Assembly (NCBI GenBank): GCA_030141605.1 | Contig: JAQGDQ010000102.1 | Span: forward strand, 310,961 to 374,960 | Length of the DNA: 64,000 nucleotides | Reading direction: 5' to 3' | DNA from: Tubiluchus corallicola | Lineage: Eukaryota; Animalia; Priapulida | In this document: in pieces, positions 1 to 12,854 of the stretch | How the letters are laid out: each line of letters begins with the position of its first letter | Position numbering within the stretch: position 1 is the stretch's first letter | Notes under the pieces: generated by a model | Told to the model about the DNA's origin: nothing | What the model saw: the letters and a program-made list of their open reading frames with translations, nothing else | Databases searched by the model: none | Translations under genes and position numbers: made by a program

Positions 1-693
1 TGCAGGCACTTCTGTTCTAACCACAGCCTCTTCTGTTGTTATTACTGGTGCTTTTGTGGTAACTATAACTTCTTCTGTTGTGATGATTGGTGGTTCTGTT
101 GTAACAGCAACTTCTTCTGTTATTCTAGTAGATCGTGCTGTTGTTATATCCATTCCTTCGGTTATTTCAAATGGTGCTACCGTTGTTGCAAAATGTTCTA
201 TTGTTTCTACAGCTGCTTCAGTTGTTCCAGTTTGTGCTGCTGTTGTCACCCCAAATTCTTTTGTTGCTTCAAATACGACTGCTGTTGTTGCCACCCCTTC
301 TTCTGTTGTTACATTAGATTCTGGTCTTATAGCTGGTGCTACAGTTGCCGCTGCTGCCTCCGTCATTTCTTCAGCACCGTCTGTTGTTCCACGTGGTGCC
401 ACTGTTGTCATCATAGCGTCTTCCATTGTTTCAAAAATTATTTGCGTTGTTGCCACATTTTTAATCGTTCCTGTTGGTGCAGCTGTTGTCGCAACTCCTC
501 CTTCAGTCATTTCAAATGGTACTACAGTTGTAGCTACGTCTTCTGTTGTTGCAGTTGGCTGTTGTTGCTGTTCTAAAGGAGATGATGACGTTTCGTCTTT
601 TTGCAGTTGTGTATCATTCATTTCACTTTTTGTTAGCTGCATAAGCGGCAACATGAGCACGGAAAAAATGACAGAATTTTCCAGTAACTTCAT
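1..693 (-). CDS. Secreted mucin-like Thr/Glu/Ala/Val-rich protein, 5' coding exon (runs off the window edge)
   Basis: The minus frame is open from ATG at 693 (context TGTAAAATG) to base 1: MKLLENSVIFSVLMLPLMQLTKS EMNDTQLQKDETSSSPLEQQQQPTATTEDVATTVVPFEMTEGGVATTAAP...TTEEVIVTTKAPVITTEEAVVRTEVPA. A hydrophobic signal-peptide-like N-terminus is followed by TTEE/ATT repeats. A 3' splice acceptor (gttttgctatatttcAG) lies 20 nt upstream of the ATG. Confidence 0.8.
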   Translation of the reverse strand, partial: MKLLENSVIFSVLMLPLMQLTKSEMNDTQLQKDETSSSPLEQQQQPTATTEDVATTVVPFEMTEGGVATTAAPTGTIKNVATTQIIFETMEDAMMTTVAPRGTTDGAEEMTEAAAATVAPAIRPESNVTTEEGVATTAVVFEATKEFGVTTAAQTGTTEAAVETIEHFATTVAPFEITEGMDITTARSTRITEEVAVTTEPPIITTEEVIVTTKAPVITTEEAVVRTEVPA

Positions 694-934
694 TTTACAA
701 CATTTTATGATAGCTGAAATATAGCAAAACATAATTAAGGATGGATAAGTGTAGAGAGACTCCTTATGGATTCAGCCTTAATGCTGTTGATCATAAAATT
801 TTAATCACTAACGTGTTTAGATTGACTCTATTTAACCAACACTATTTAAACAATCGTCCCCAACACGTCAAGTGCAACCATTTTTCCTCTGTCAAAGCAG
901 TGGAAACTTGTGGTCAATCGTAAGACCCCTCTTA

Positions 935-1689
935 GGCCCGTGTCATACAGAGCTGGACATAAACCGTAATGAGTAAGCCGTAAGAGAAAAAAACTAACTC
1001 ATGAAAAATCAACGTATGCTAACTAATGTTCTCTGTCACACAGCTAATACATTTGCCATCTCCGCCCATCACGGTTTGCCTATCATAAGCCATCAGTCAT
1101 AATCTGTGGTAAGCTCCTCACAAGCTGTTCTGAGCGGTTCGTAAGACGCCATATTGCAAAATGAATTTGGCCATTAATTTCAATTGCCATAAAGCGTTTT
1201 AGGTCATTGTTAAGGCAGTAATTTGCATGTTTGTGATTTTACAGTGCACAATTCATTGATATCAAAAAAATTCATAATAAAATAGTCTTACAAACATTAA
1301 AAAGCAACTTGTAGCCATACTGCAATTAGATACGAGCAAATCATTATAATTTACATAATGAAATATTATTTGAAGAAATCTGTTATTTTGTAATGATTAA
1401 AATTATTAAATTATTTTATTAAATATGTCTGAATAAAATTTGCAATTATGTATATAAAATAAAGCAACTGGATAAAGTTGTTGACTCATTTTGAATCAGA
1501 CAAACTAACATATTATCGACTTGCACATCCTGCTGAAACAGATTATGGTAAAACGCCTTGCTATTTACAGAGAGTAAGAACAAACCACAGATTATGATAT
1601 ACGCCTTATGGAAGTTTGGAGAAACCTAATGGCTTACTGATTATGCACAATGGCTTGCTCTTTAAGCCTTTCTCTGTGTGACAGAAACC
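935..1689. mobile_element. Degenerate MITE, possibly PIF/Harbinger-like
   Basis: Imperfect terminal inverted repeats GGCCCGTGTCATACAGAG and CTCTGTGTGACAGAAACC. TTA lies on the left flank. Subterminal TAAGCC/GGCTTA motifs are mirrored at the two ends. Confidence 0.4.
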
Positions 1690-1944
1690 ATATTCTTACT
1701 TTCGGTACTCAGTGCAGCACGAAAGTAACATACTTTGCAAATTGTACGACCACCTTAGACATTTATAACCTTTCGGTAGGTAAAACAATTACTATTTCAT
1801 TTGACTTATAGATCTTTATAGTTTAAGGCCAATAAATTTTCTCTTTGGCCTAATACACATCAAACCATACGTATTATGTTTCGTTCAGGAAATAAACCAC
1901 TCGATCCTAATTTCTGACTATTTAATGGCTGAATAAATTAAACA

Positions 1945-2145
1945 AATAAAATTGTTAGACATTGTCTTACACGAAAATCCAAAGTGGAACCTCGCATTAA
2001 CATGATTGCTCTCAAAATAGTTAAGAATGTTGGAATCATTTCCTGCATCAGAAACAGTCTTTTTCAAAAACATCTAAGTACTTTATGCAACTAACTAGTC
2101 ATAGTATATTTTAACTAATGCCTTGATTTTAGGGAAACCGACCAA
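1945..2145 (+). mobile_element. Non-LTR retrotransposon (L2/Crack-like) RT remnant
   Basis: The disrupted translation KIVKNVGIISCIRNSLFQKHLSTLCN*LVIVYFN*C resembles the post-RT motif KISKxxGILxRxRxxL...LYYSLIxPYLxYC. Confidence 0.4.
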
Positions 2146-3280
2146 TCCATCGAAATTAGATTTCATAATCACTTGTTGGTCGCCTCATTTGGAACAAGTG
2201 CCTGCTATAATTAATGACAAGTAAAGAGAATGTTTATATGAAGCTTCTTGAAATTTTATAAATCAGTCACAACGTTCGGAAAAATAATCAGAGTCATTCG
2301 TAGCGCCCACTTCTCTAACTGAACAAAAGTATAATAAATTACATTATCTTATTAATAAGATTTATAGTATATTTTCTGATATTTCACATTAGCATAGTAA
2401 ACTTGTGATGTTTTTCCAGTTAGCTCGAATATTTTAACTTACTAAGAATCTTTCTTTTCTAGTTACATAAACGTTTCAAGCAGGTAAGCGTAATGCTAAG
2501 CAATGTAAGCTTCTGAAGAATTTTTTGGGGGGATAAACTTTAGAATTGCTTTTTCTCCCCCTTTAATTCAATTTCGTGGTTACGAAGGTCCAAGAAAAGT
2601 TTTTTCAACAACAATATTCCAAATCGCTTTCAACAATGTGGCAAATATCGTGAAATTTAAGCAACTCTATCTATACCGTTAACAACGCATTAGGTTCAAT
2701 ACATAAATATGTATATATAACAATAATGGCAATGATGGATGACAATTAAGCTTATAAAATAAATAATACGTATCTGGAATATCTAAAAAAACACTTTTCA
2801 ATTTTTTCAAACCTATTTTCGTGATTATCCTGGTTTGGTCTTCCGTTCTCGAGATACACTGCTTAACAACACGTCGAAGCCATAATATGGGACTTTGTTG
2901 AGAAAAAATTTGATGTCTAAAACAGAAGTGCAACAAGCGAGCTATACGTTAACACTTAAAATATTTTACCTGACTGATATTTAAGAGAGTGAAAATTTTT
3001 ATGATGTCTGTGTATTGTGTAATGTCATGTCGGAAGTGAAATTTTGGCTTTAGGCAAAAGCGGTCAGTGGCATTTTTAACCAGGAAACGTTTCGCAAACT
3101 TACTAAATAAAACATTAGATGGAATCTAGAAATGCACCAGTATGGCCGAGACACGATGTCACTATTTACTAAGAACCTAGTACTAACAATCTTATACTAA
3201 CACTATACTTCACTTTTACTAACACTTGAAACATAATGAAAATAACATGTATGCATCATGTTTTGATGTATCCAAAGAAA

Positions 3281-3860
3281 TTCTATTCTACTCTACTCTA
3301 TTCTATTCTATAGTATTCTATTCTGTTCTGTTCTGTTCTGTTCTGTTCTGTTCTGTTCTGTTCTGTTCTGTTCTGTTCTGTTCTGTTCTGTTCTGTTCTG
3401 TTCTGTTCTGTTCTGTTCTGTTCTGTTCTGTTCTGTTCTGTTCTGTTCTGTTCTGTTCTGTTCTGTTCTGTTCTGTTCTGTTCTGTTCTGTTCTGTTCTG
3501 TTCTGTTCTGTTCTGTTCTGTTCTGTTCTGTTCTGTTCTGTTCTGTTCTGTTCTGTTCTGTTCTGTTCTGTTCTGTTCTGTTCTATTCTATTCTATTCTA
3601 TTCTATTCTATTCTATTCTACTCTACTCTACTCTACTCTACTCTACTCTACTCTATTCTATTCCATTCCATTCCACTCCATTCCATTCCATTCCATTCCA
3701 TTCCATTCCATTCCATTCTATTCTATTCTATTCCATTCCATTCCACTCCACTCCACTCCACTCCACTCCATTCCATTCCATTCCATTCCATTCCATTCCA
3801 TTCCATTCCATTCCATTCCATTCCATTCCATTCTATTCTATTCTATTCTATTCTATTCTA
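3281..3860. repeat. Compound pentanucleotide microsatellite (TTCTA/TTCTG/CTCTA/TTCCA/CTCCA)
   Basis: Directly visible; about 116 in-phase 5-mers arranged in homogeneous blocks. Confidence 0.98.
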
Positions 3861-4733
3861 AGTAAGTCCTCATAAAAAGAGCTAACATTCAGGAAACGCG
3901 TTGGTTTGCAGGCTTCCCAGACGTCATATCTGCTGGCTCTTGACTCCTGAATTTGGTTCTTGACGAGGTGGCAACCCTAGACATAGTCATGCAAAACCTC
4001 GGGTGTGAGACAGACCAAAACTGACAGAACAGAAAGGAGTCTTGGATCAATGCTTAAAAATCCAGGCTGCGTCAAGGACCAGAACAGATTACGTTAGTCC
4101 ATTAGGTAATGCATAATTTTTGTTACACATAATTATTTCTAGTAAAGCAAACGTATCACGTATGATTGTTAGATGATGGTGCAAAAATTCGTCAAAATTT
4201 GTAAACAGGCCTGCATCATATGCCAAAATGGCGTTTAATGCGTATTTTTGATTTATTATAAATCATTTTTGAATTTTCAAAATTGATTTATTGATATTTG
4301 TAATTCATTTATTAATATTCAAAAATGAGCATTAAATTCCACTTATACGTTCCATATAAATCTGTAGATCTTATCTAACAAACATTTGAAACTCTAAATT
4401 TTTATAAAAGTGTGTGAGTCACTACTTTACAGCAGCTAAATGGCATTGACGTTTATTAGTTTACCAATCATTTGTGTAACGGCGATGCCGCAGACAGGGA
4501 CGCCAGGGACCTGTTGCATATTTGAACCTTGCGAAAACAACCTGCGCTTCGTTTCACATAAAAGAGAAAAAATGCCTATTCTGCCCAATAGGCATACCTT
4601 TGAAAGCGAATTTAAATGATTTATTTAAAAAATGTTTAGTTGTTTAATTAGTCAATTATCGCATTCAGTATTTTCTTCCGCGTCAAGTTTTCCTGTAACA
4701 AATTGCAACATTTAGCCAACATTCTGTTTTACG

Positions 4734-5133
4734 CTATTCTATTCTATTCTATTCTATTCTATTCTATTCTATTCTATTCTATTCTATTCTATTCTATTCT
4801 ATTCTATTCTGTTCTATTCTGTTCTATTCTGTTCTATTCTATTCTATTCTGTTCTATTCCGTTCTATTCTGTTCTATTCTATTCTATTCTATTCTATTCT
4901 ATTCTATTCTATTCTGTTCTATTCTGTTCTATTCTGTTCTGTTCTATTCTATTCTATTCTATTCTATTCTATTCTATTCTATTCTATTCTATTCTATTCT
5001 ATTCTATTCTATTCTATTCTATTCTGTTCTATTCTGTTCTGTTCTGTTCTATTCTATTCTATTCTATTCTATTCTATTCTATTCTATTCTATTCTATTCT
5101 ATTCTATTCTATTCTATTCTATTCTATTCTATT
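4734..5133. repeat. (TATTC/TGTTC)n pentanucleotide microsatellite
   Basis: Directly visible. Confidence 0.98.
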
Positions 5134-5478
5134 GCCTGGATCCACCCTGGCAAACAATTTGCTTCGCTAACGAGTAAACATTTAACTGTCTTGTATGAAT
5201 GAATAACCTGTAGGCAGTATTATCTGACGTTGTACCTAATTACCCATCAATGGGCCATTCACTAGTTCAATCCAGTTAGGTTTCTTATCATGTCTGTATA
5301 CTTTCTAGGTTCACTATTGTGTTGGATTAGCATAATAATGGCTCGCCCAGCGCCATGTTACTTCCGGAGAATCCTCATCAACGATATCCTGTAGACTCGA
5401 TATAAAGGTACGATTTGTATGTAACATCGTAAACATATTTTGCCACATCTAATCTAGGCCTCTCCGAATATAAGTCTC

Positions 5479-5762
<284 letters not shown>

Positions 5763-5914
5763 ATTAGGTTTCTGAATTTGTCACAAAATATAAACACCAG
5801 TCTAGCCCTCGTGGCTTTACGATCAAAGAATTAAACAATAAATTTTGAGTTTTTTCAATTTTTCTTTGTTTTTGACAGACAGACATTATGATATTATAAA
5901 ATTTTAAGAGCTAA

Positions 5915-6544
5915 CAAAATCGGACCCAATCTTAAACTGTAGGTCAAAACAATCCACTCTGTAAAATGTTGAAAGGAAACATTATTTTTTCAAAAATGAC
6001 TTGCGTGTAAGAATTATTACCACACAAACACAATTTCGCGTCCGCGCCATTAGTTCTTTGCTGTCACATGCATTTCGCCATTCGCTAGTTAGACGGGCAC
6101 TGGCGCCTGCAATTCGGAAACGCATTGCACAAAAACAGGGGCTGTACCGCTCAGTTCAGATGTGTTAATTTGTGACGTACTACACACGTTCGACAGCTCA
6201 TCCGTGAGCACAGCGGTAAATATGAAATTTTAATTTTTATGTTAAACCTTGCCTAGTAGTACTAGTAGTTTTAGTATAACACCCTGAATATCTCTCAGTA
6301 GTGCTGTACTTCAATTTTCGCTTTCGCAAGCACGTGCAACACACTCGTAGAATATTTTTGCTGTTGAAAATTATGTTAGTTTGTGACGTCATCAATAGTT
6401 GGGCTCGCCAGCCGTTAACTAAGTCTTTAATCTATAATTTAATTATCAGAAACCCTTTTGCAGTATTAATTGTCTTAAAATGTATACTTTTTATCGGACT
6501 TGAAAATGGGGTAGTATGTGAAAAATCGTCCTGTCTTCCTTTAA
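5915..6544. mobile_element. Interspersed repeat copy 1 (~620 bp; possibly a non-autonomous Kolobok-like DNA element)
   Basis: Co-linear with 20162-20776. It ends in CCTGTCTTCCT-TTAA, a TTAA-flanked AGG terminus. The other terminus was not found. Confidence 0.6.
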
Positions 6545-7174
6545 CAGCAACGACGGACGAGCAACGCAGACGACCCAAAATTTCGGCTAGTTTCCAACAT
6601 GGATGTCGAAAATTTTCCTCTGATTTTGTAATTTTATTTCTTGATTGAATTATATTTTATTTTTGACGTAAATGCACAGCTTCAAAATGGCTGCTAGAAA
6701 GGAATTGTCAATTTAATTTACTGTTGCAGTCAAAGGATGATCTAGCTTGGTTTAACCGCCCCGCCCCCCACCACATTTTCCATCTCTCAAATTTTTCTCT
6801 TTAGTTTGTTGTGTCAAACCTTTTTTATTGCCTTATGCTGTAGATTTCATAGACAGACTGACCGGACAAGTTGGGCTAAAATACCATCCTGTATGTCTCA
6901 ATTTTTACCAGGTGTACTTGTTATGGTACTTGTAAAAAAATAAATTTGAAATCTAGAAATCTGACTGTTTTAAGTGCTTACTCGCATTTACAAAACAGGT
7001 TTTATAAAGTAAATACAGGTTTTGATTGAACGTTATTTTGTGATTTATTGCAGTAATTAAACAGCTTTCTTGGATAGTTTAGCACTCTACGAGACGGAAC
7101 CCAGCACTCAATGGAAGAGTTACATCAATGTAAAAGTGCGGAAGGTCACGGCGGGATCGGAACCTACTTCATTA

Positions 7175-7397
7175 TCAAGGAACATCAGCTGAGACTCGAG
7201 ACAGTTCAGTGGCAGAAGTGACATTCAGACGTGTCAAGGAACATCAGCTGAGACTCGAGACAGTTCAGTGGCAGAAGTAACATTCAGACGCGTCAAGGAA
7301 CATCAGCTAACTCGAGACAGTTCAGTGGCAGAAGTGACATTTAGACGCGCCAAGGAACATCAGCTGAGACTCGAGACAGTTCAGTGGCAGAAGTAAC
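7175..7397. repeat. 59-bp minisatellite, ~3.8 copies
   Basis: Unit TCAAGGAACATCAGCTGAGACTCGAGACAGTTCAGTGGCAGAAGTGACATTCAGACG.. starts at 7175, 7234, 7293 and ~7350. Confidence 0.95.
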
Positions 7398-9169
7398 CGT
7401 ACGCGTAACCGCCTCTGTGAAAGAAATTATTGCTGAGATCATAACCCTTTATGAACAACCCTAAAGATCGCTGACCATTACAAATTTATTTCCTACTGTA
7501 AAAATATTAAATCCTTTAATTTAAAAGACAAACACTCTCATGTAGCCAAAGGCACAGACATGGCCATGAATTCCAGATTGAAGACGTCTTTTCAATTTCT
7601 TGCCAGTTCTAGACGTTTTACCCACATATTCTCACGTTCTTACTGTTAAGTGCCTGGACGTTTTACCATGCTGGGCAGCAGTACAGCCGCTACTGAAATT
7701 TATAAATAATACCAGACTGTAGAAATATGGTTATATTGTCTTTTTCCTGTGATCTGATTATGGACACTACATGCAAAAATACCAGAAGCTCGCATAACAC
7801 GGGCTCTGTCCTCTAATATCGCGTTAACCTGAAGTAAGAAGTTTTAACCAGGTTTCTTCAGCAGCAGTCCCATACGGCTGCGTTAATATTGTAAAGCAAT
7901 AATGAAAAATATTGAAGTCCTAAACCAACAATGTAATTATTATGGCACACCTTATGAAGCCCTACACCAAGCGTTTTTCCTCCGGGCGGATGCGCTTAAT
8001 TAGTTAGTTTGCCGGAAGTCCGCGTGCTAAACGAATCTCTAATGAAAACTAAGAATCCTGCTTCGTGGCAAGAAGCCATGAAAACACTGAGATTGACATG
8101 TTAAAATGATTGTTATTGCATATCACACAAATGTTCATCAACTTGCAAACTGAAAATGTTGACCTGAACGGGTGTAGCTGACAATCTTTGAAGCGTACGT
8201 TCCCACATGATAAATTTACTGCTGATGGTTTTACTGCTGGTGGTGTGGAATAAAATTAATAAGAATATTAGTTGATCTCTTGTCTCGAATAAATGCTGTG
8301 CACTTTCCAATATTTTTGGCAGTTTTACCATAGTATTTGCGACACATACACAAAAGATGTACTAAGTCAAATGATATAATTTGAGAATAAATTAGTGTTT
8401 TTCTAACACTTGTCATTGTCATTAAAGAACAAAATGACGAAATACCCTTTAAATCTCAAAAGTAATAGTTAGATAATGAAAATTACTAATAATGCCCTGG
8501 AAGAAAATAGAAATATATTGTTGTCAAGACAAGACCAAAAATGGCTAACCACATGGAAGCAGGTACTTCATAAGTAATGATTTTTATTTATTAGTGTAAA
8601 ATTGGAAGATTGTTTACCAACCTTTGTGATCTCATTTTCTCTGCTAATACCAATTTGCTTTGCTGCTTTACAAACACATCTTACTTATGATGTAAGAACA
8701 TCCACCTGAAATCACGTGTTAGCCCCCCCCCCCCCGATGATCACAAAATTTGAAAATGTTAATTAAAATATGCTAATTTTTTGTAGTTTCACTGGCAAAG
8801 TTAAACAGCGATGTTGTCATACAATTATCGCATAAAATTTAGTGCGTAAAGCTCATCGAAAGATCTACTATTAGTAAAATTTCCACACTTGTGAAGTACA
8901 ATGGCTAGTGCGCTCGCCAGTCATTAATTAAATTTCTAAGATAATTTTTAATCATTAGAATCATTCTGGTAATTGTCATAGGTAACAAAACGTATATTGC
9001 CCGTTCACTGACTCATCTTAGGTGGACACGACTCATCATTACCTATTTTGAACCAGTCCTATGGAACGAAATAAGTCGCAATGTAAAATGAGGCCGTTTC
9101 AATTTTTTAAAGAAAAGAAATATTTCAAAAGTACTGATGAAAGTTCTAAAGTGACACAACTTGATAATA

Positions 9170-9530
9170 GTGGTCATTTTCATTCTTTTCCGCTGTAATC
9201 TTAATAAAAAATGTTACTGTGTTCAACAGGTTGCCAAACAAATTATAATCATGATCATCGTTTTTTACTTCAAGCTCCTTTTTATCATGCATTTACTACT
9301 CCCCCTCCCCCCTACATCAATGTATACAGTTTTGACTATCCCAAGTCATTATTTTGCTTATTAATTCTTTGCTTTTCTTTTATTTTATGACTGGCCTATC
9401 AAGCCGTGCTTTTAGATCAAATTGTGTGCATCAAAATTATTGTGTATATGCCTGCTATTAAAGACTCTTACTTCTGGATTATTATCTGTAATGTCATGAT
9501 GTTGTTATGTGATACAGTGCAGAAATAACT
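9170..9530 (+). mobile_element. Interspersed repeat, probably a LINE 3' region; inverted paralog at 16260-16610
   Basis: TTTTCCGCTGTAATCTTAATAAAA...TTATAATCATGATCA and GGCCTATCAAGC...TGCATCAAAAT match the reverse complement of 16370-16590. Confidence 0.55.
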
Positions 9531-9554
9531 AAATTCTTCAACTCTTGATATATA

Positions 9555-9770
9555 GTGAGACAGGCTCCGATCACGTCACAAACGTCTCCCTGAGTATACC
9601 TTACCTTTGGCTAGTGGAGTGAACAAAGTGTCGCGAATCAGCTAAATATTCGCGAGAAATGTAGGAAACAACAATTGTCCTTTTTTTTGTTAATGTGGAA
9701 TTATTTGGCAAGTAGGCGGAGGAGTTGGGACTACTTTTTAGCAGACGGAAAGAAAACCGCTTTCGTGTTA
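9555..9770. promoter_or_regulatory. CpG-enriched promoter-like island
   Basis: Two TCGCGA motifs (9631, 9650), CACGTCA, GGCGGA and GGGACTAC occur in otherwise CpG-poor DNA. A minus-strand donor AAG|GTAAGG lies at 9605/9604. Confidence 0.3.
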
Positions 9771-10199
9771 AACTTTTACAGAGTTTGGTATTATTTTATA
9801 TCTTTATGAGTTTTAATAAAAGCATTTATAGTTCTTATTAATTGTGTCTGATGTGTCTGATGCATCTGTTCTCGCCTGCCTGCGTTTGTTGTTTGCAGGT
9901 TGTCTGTTTTGTTTGAAACAAGCGCTTACCTGGATTTCAGAGGGGGACGCCCATTTCCCCTCCTCGCAAAGGTAAAGTTTTTTGTTAAATTTAATCATCA
10001 ATGACCAATGGTAGAAGTGCTACTCGGAACGTAAAAGGAGGACATTTTCTATACAAAGTGTATAAAAATATTCTAAACTGTGAGCCAAAATAGGATCTGA
10101 AAAATCGTACTGCTTTCCTTTAATGTCAGCATTTTATTCATTCAGGTAAAGTCTCACCTTCCTTCATCATCACGTTCTAATTTTTTCTTGTACGTATTA

Positions 10200-10380
10200 T
10201 CATGTTTAGCATCATCAACAAACAGTACTGTTATCGATATCATCGCAATCATCATCACTGTCAGTCATATTTCTCATCATCGTCATCGCTATTGTCGTCG
10301 ACATTGTGTAATCATCACCACCACCATCATCAGCAACATCATCATCCTCGTCAATATCTTTGACATTCGTCGTCATTAGC
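10200..10380. repeat. Degenerate (CAT/CGT)n low-complexity tract
   Basis: Directly visible. Confidence 0.8.
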
Positions 10381-12169
10381 AAAGCAGTATGCAGCCCATG
10401 CATCAACAATGTATTTTATTTAGTATTTTCAATCAGCTACAGAAATCGCTCCTATTGCTGACATTTTGACGCCCATCCAACTGCTTGTTTGATACTGCAT
10501 ATACTGCTTAACTTTGAAAAGAGATGTGTTTAAGGGACTTACTATGTGGTGCGGTTAAAGTCGTCAATATTTTGACAGATTGTAAACAAACACAAACTCA
10601 TTTAAACATTTCGTTTTCCTTCACCCTACAGATACCACGGTGAGTTAGACAAATTAGTGCAAAATGGTGAATCAATAATTTCACAATATAACGAGTCTCA
10701 TCATCAGTTACATTCTACGAAAAGTCACATTTCATGACATTTCAATCAAAATTGCAGTCGTGTGAAATACACAGTTTGCACAAGCCGTTAGATCAGACTT
10801 ATGACAATTATTCCCTTCTATAATGGCAATTAGATAAGCTTCGTGAAAACAGTGTAATATGTACAGGATAGTCGTGCACAGTAGTAAAATAACAAGAGTA
10901 AAATATAAAACAGGATACAAAATTACTGAATATTTTTGTATTCTTTTCTTAGTGGTTATCAAATTCTGAAATAATTGATTTATGCAATATTTGTAAAATA
11001 ATGATTTGTTTATACAAGCAATTTAACAAAATTATTATTGTATTGGCTTGCATGTAGTTACAATCACTCAGCTTTTCCTTTTGAAGATCGTAAAGCTAAA
11101 AGCAAGTCCAACAAGGTGGCTTCGCTAACGAGAAATCGCTTTCTTTTATCTGAAAAAACAAACAAAGTTTTGTTAACGAAAACTGCATCTAAACACCAGA
11201 AAACATAGACCTGCTATAACTGGGAACATACAAGTTACCATATTATATAACCGTCTCTCAACTAAAATCTTGTATCAGTCTTTTTACAAGAGTAGAAAGG
11301 CTGGCTAGTGTATTGCTTACTGAGAGCGGAACGGACATGGACCTGCATGTATTTTTGTGCCAGAAGCTCTCAGGACGATTTCACGAGAGACATTCAAATG
11401 ACCTTGAAACGGAGAATCCTGATTACCCGCAAGAATTCGTCTCATATTTTCCATCTACCTCTCAGGCAGGTGAGTAAGAAACACCATGTCCGACGGTGGT
11501 ACAATCATTAAGCCGGATTATAAAACAAATACTTTATAAAAATTGCAGCACTTTTGATTAGCTTCACTGCAGAATAGAGTTTCATTCACCGCCATTTACC
11601 GAACAAAAGGATGTTCCGCCTTTTAACATCAGACTCAGATATGAAATTTCTAGTTTAGATGGGTGAGATTACACGGATTGGGCCTTCCTGACGACTTTTC
11701 ATGGAAGATGCAGTTTTAAAATTTTGTTAAACTAAATAATGGTTATATGTTCACTGTAAAAATACGAATTTTGCTTTGTGCAATAAATGACAATTCATAT
11801 ACGGTGCTTTTGATACTAATTTCTTCTACGACATGAAACTTTGTATAATTTTATTTACTTATTTTTTATTTATTTACGTTTATTTAGTTTTATATATATT
11901 ATTTTTCATATAAAATGCGAGACAAAATACATTAAAAACACTTTTGAGTAGAGCATTGCACAGAAGACGGGAATACAACAAAAGTCCACAACGCTTAGCG
12001 CCCGTTTATACATATGGCGGTTTTCCACGTGTCTTAGTAAAAGCAAAAGGATTGAGCAATTTGAATAAAATAATAATAGAAACAGGATAACTTGACATTA
12101 CAATCAGAACCAATACAACCAGGCAAAGCTTAAAATTACAGTAAAATGAGAAAATTACAGTTATTAAGG

Positions 12170-12207
<38 letters not shown>

Positions 12208-12208
12208 A

Positions 12209-12297
<89 letters not shown>

Positions 12298-12400
12298 CAG
12301 TCAGTCAGTCAGTCAGTTAGTTAGTTAGTCAGTTAGTTTGTTTGTTTGTTTGTTTGCTAGTTAGTTGGTTGGTTGGTTGGTTAGTTAAGTTAGTTAGTTA
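12170..12400. repeat. (TAGT)n microsatellite with CAGT/TTGT/TGGT variants
   Basis: Directly visible. Confidence 0.97.
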
Positions 12401-12854
12401 CTCGCGAACTTCTGCTATGTGCAAACTCAAAATCCATGGAAAACTAAATCTACTAAGCCTAAATTTTATAAACAATTTTATGTCATATGCGAAGGATTCA
12501 CTTGGTGCAGTGAATCTATAAAGATAAGAACGATCATCTTTACGTTATAAGAATTAACTATAACGCTATGGCTAACTTGAAGCATAAGAACTGATTCTCC
12601 GTAAATGCTCTTTGATCACCAAAAATTTTAATGTCAAGTTATTCTGTTCCTATTATTATTTTTATACAAATTGCTCAACACTTTTGCTTTTAATAAGACT
12701 TGGATTTAAACAAATTTTGACCAGTGTAATAATTTTTTGCAGACCAACAGTGAGCATTTTACCTGTCCATTAATAACATTTTGTAAAGCATGTGTTATGT
12801 TATGTTCTGTATGTAACTATATGTAATTACATGTAGTTAGTGTAGAGCTTCTAT

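Noticed and set aside
56-724. Plus-strand 222-aa Val-rich ORF and 127-aa Cys-rich ORF (193-576)
   Set aside because: They are antisense shadows of the ACA/GAA-rich mucin frame on the minus strand.
3226-5170. ORFs with LFCSV/LFYSI repeats
   Set aside because: They are translations of pentanucleotide microsatellites.
7175-7397. CRISPR-like appearance of the 59-bp, 80-bp (18240) and 52-bp (25205) repeats
   Set aside because: They are contiguous tandem units with no unique spacers, there are no cas genes, and the context is eukaryotic.
9923-9950. CTTACCTGG resembling the U1 snRNA 5' end
   Set aside because: The similarity stops after 9 nt. It is simply a donor-like motif on the minus strand.
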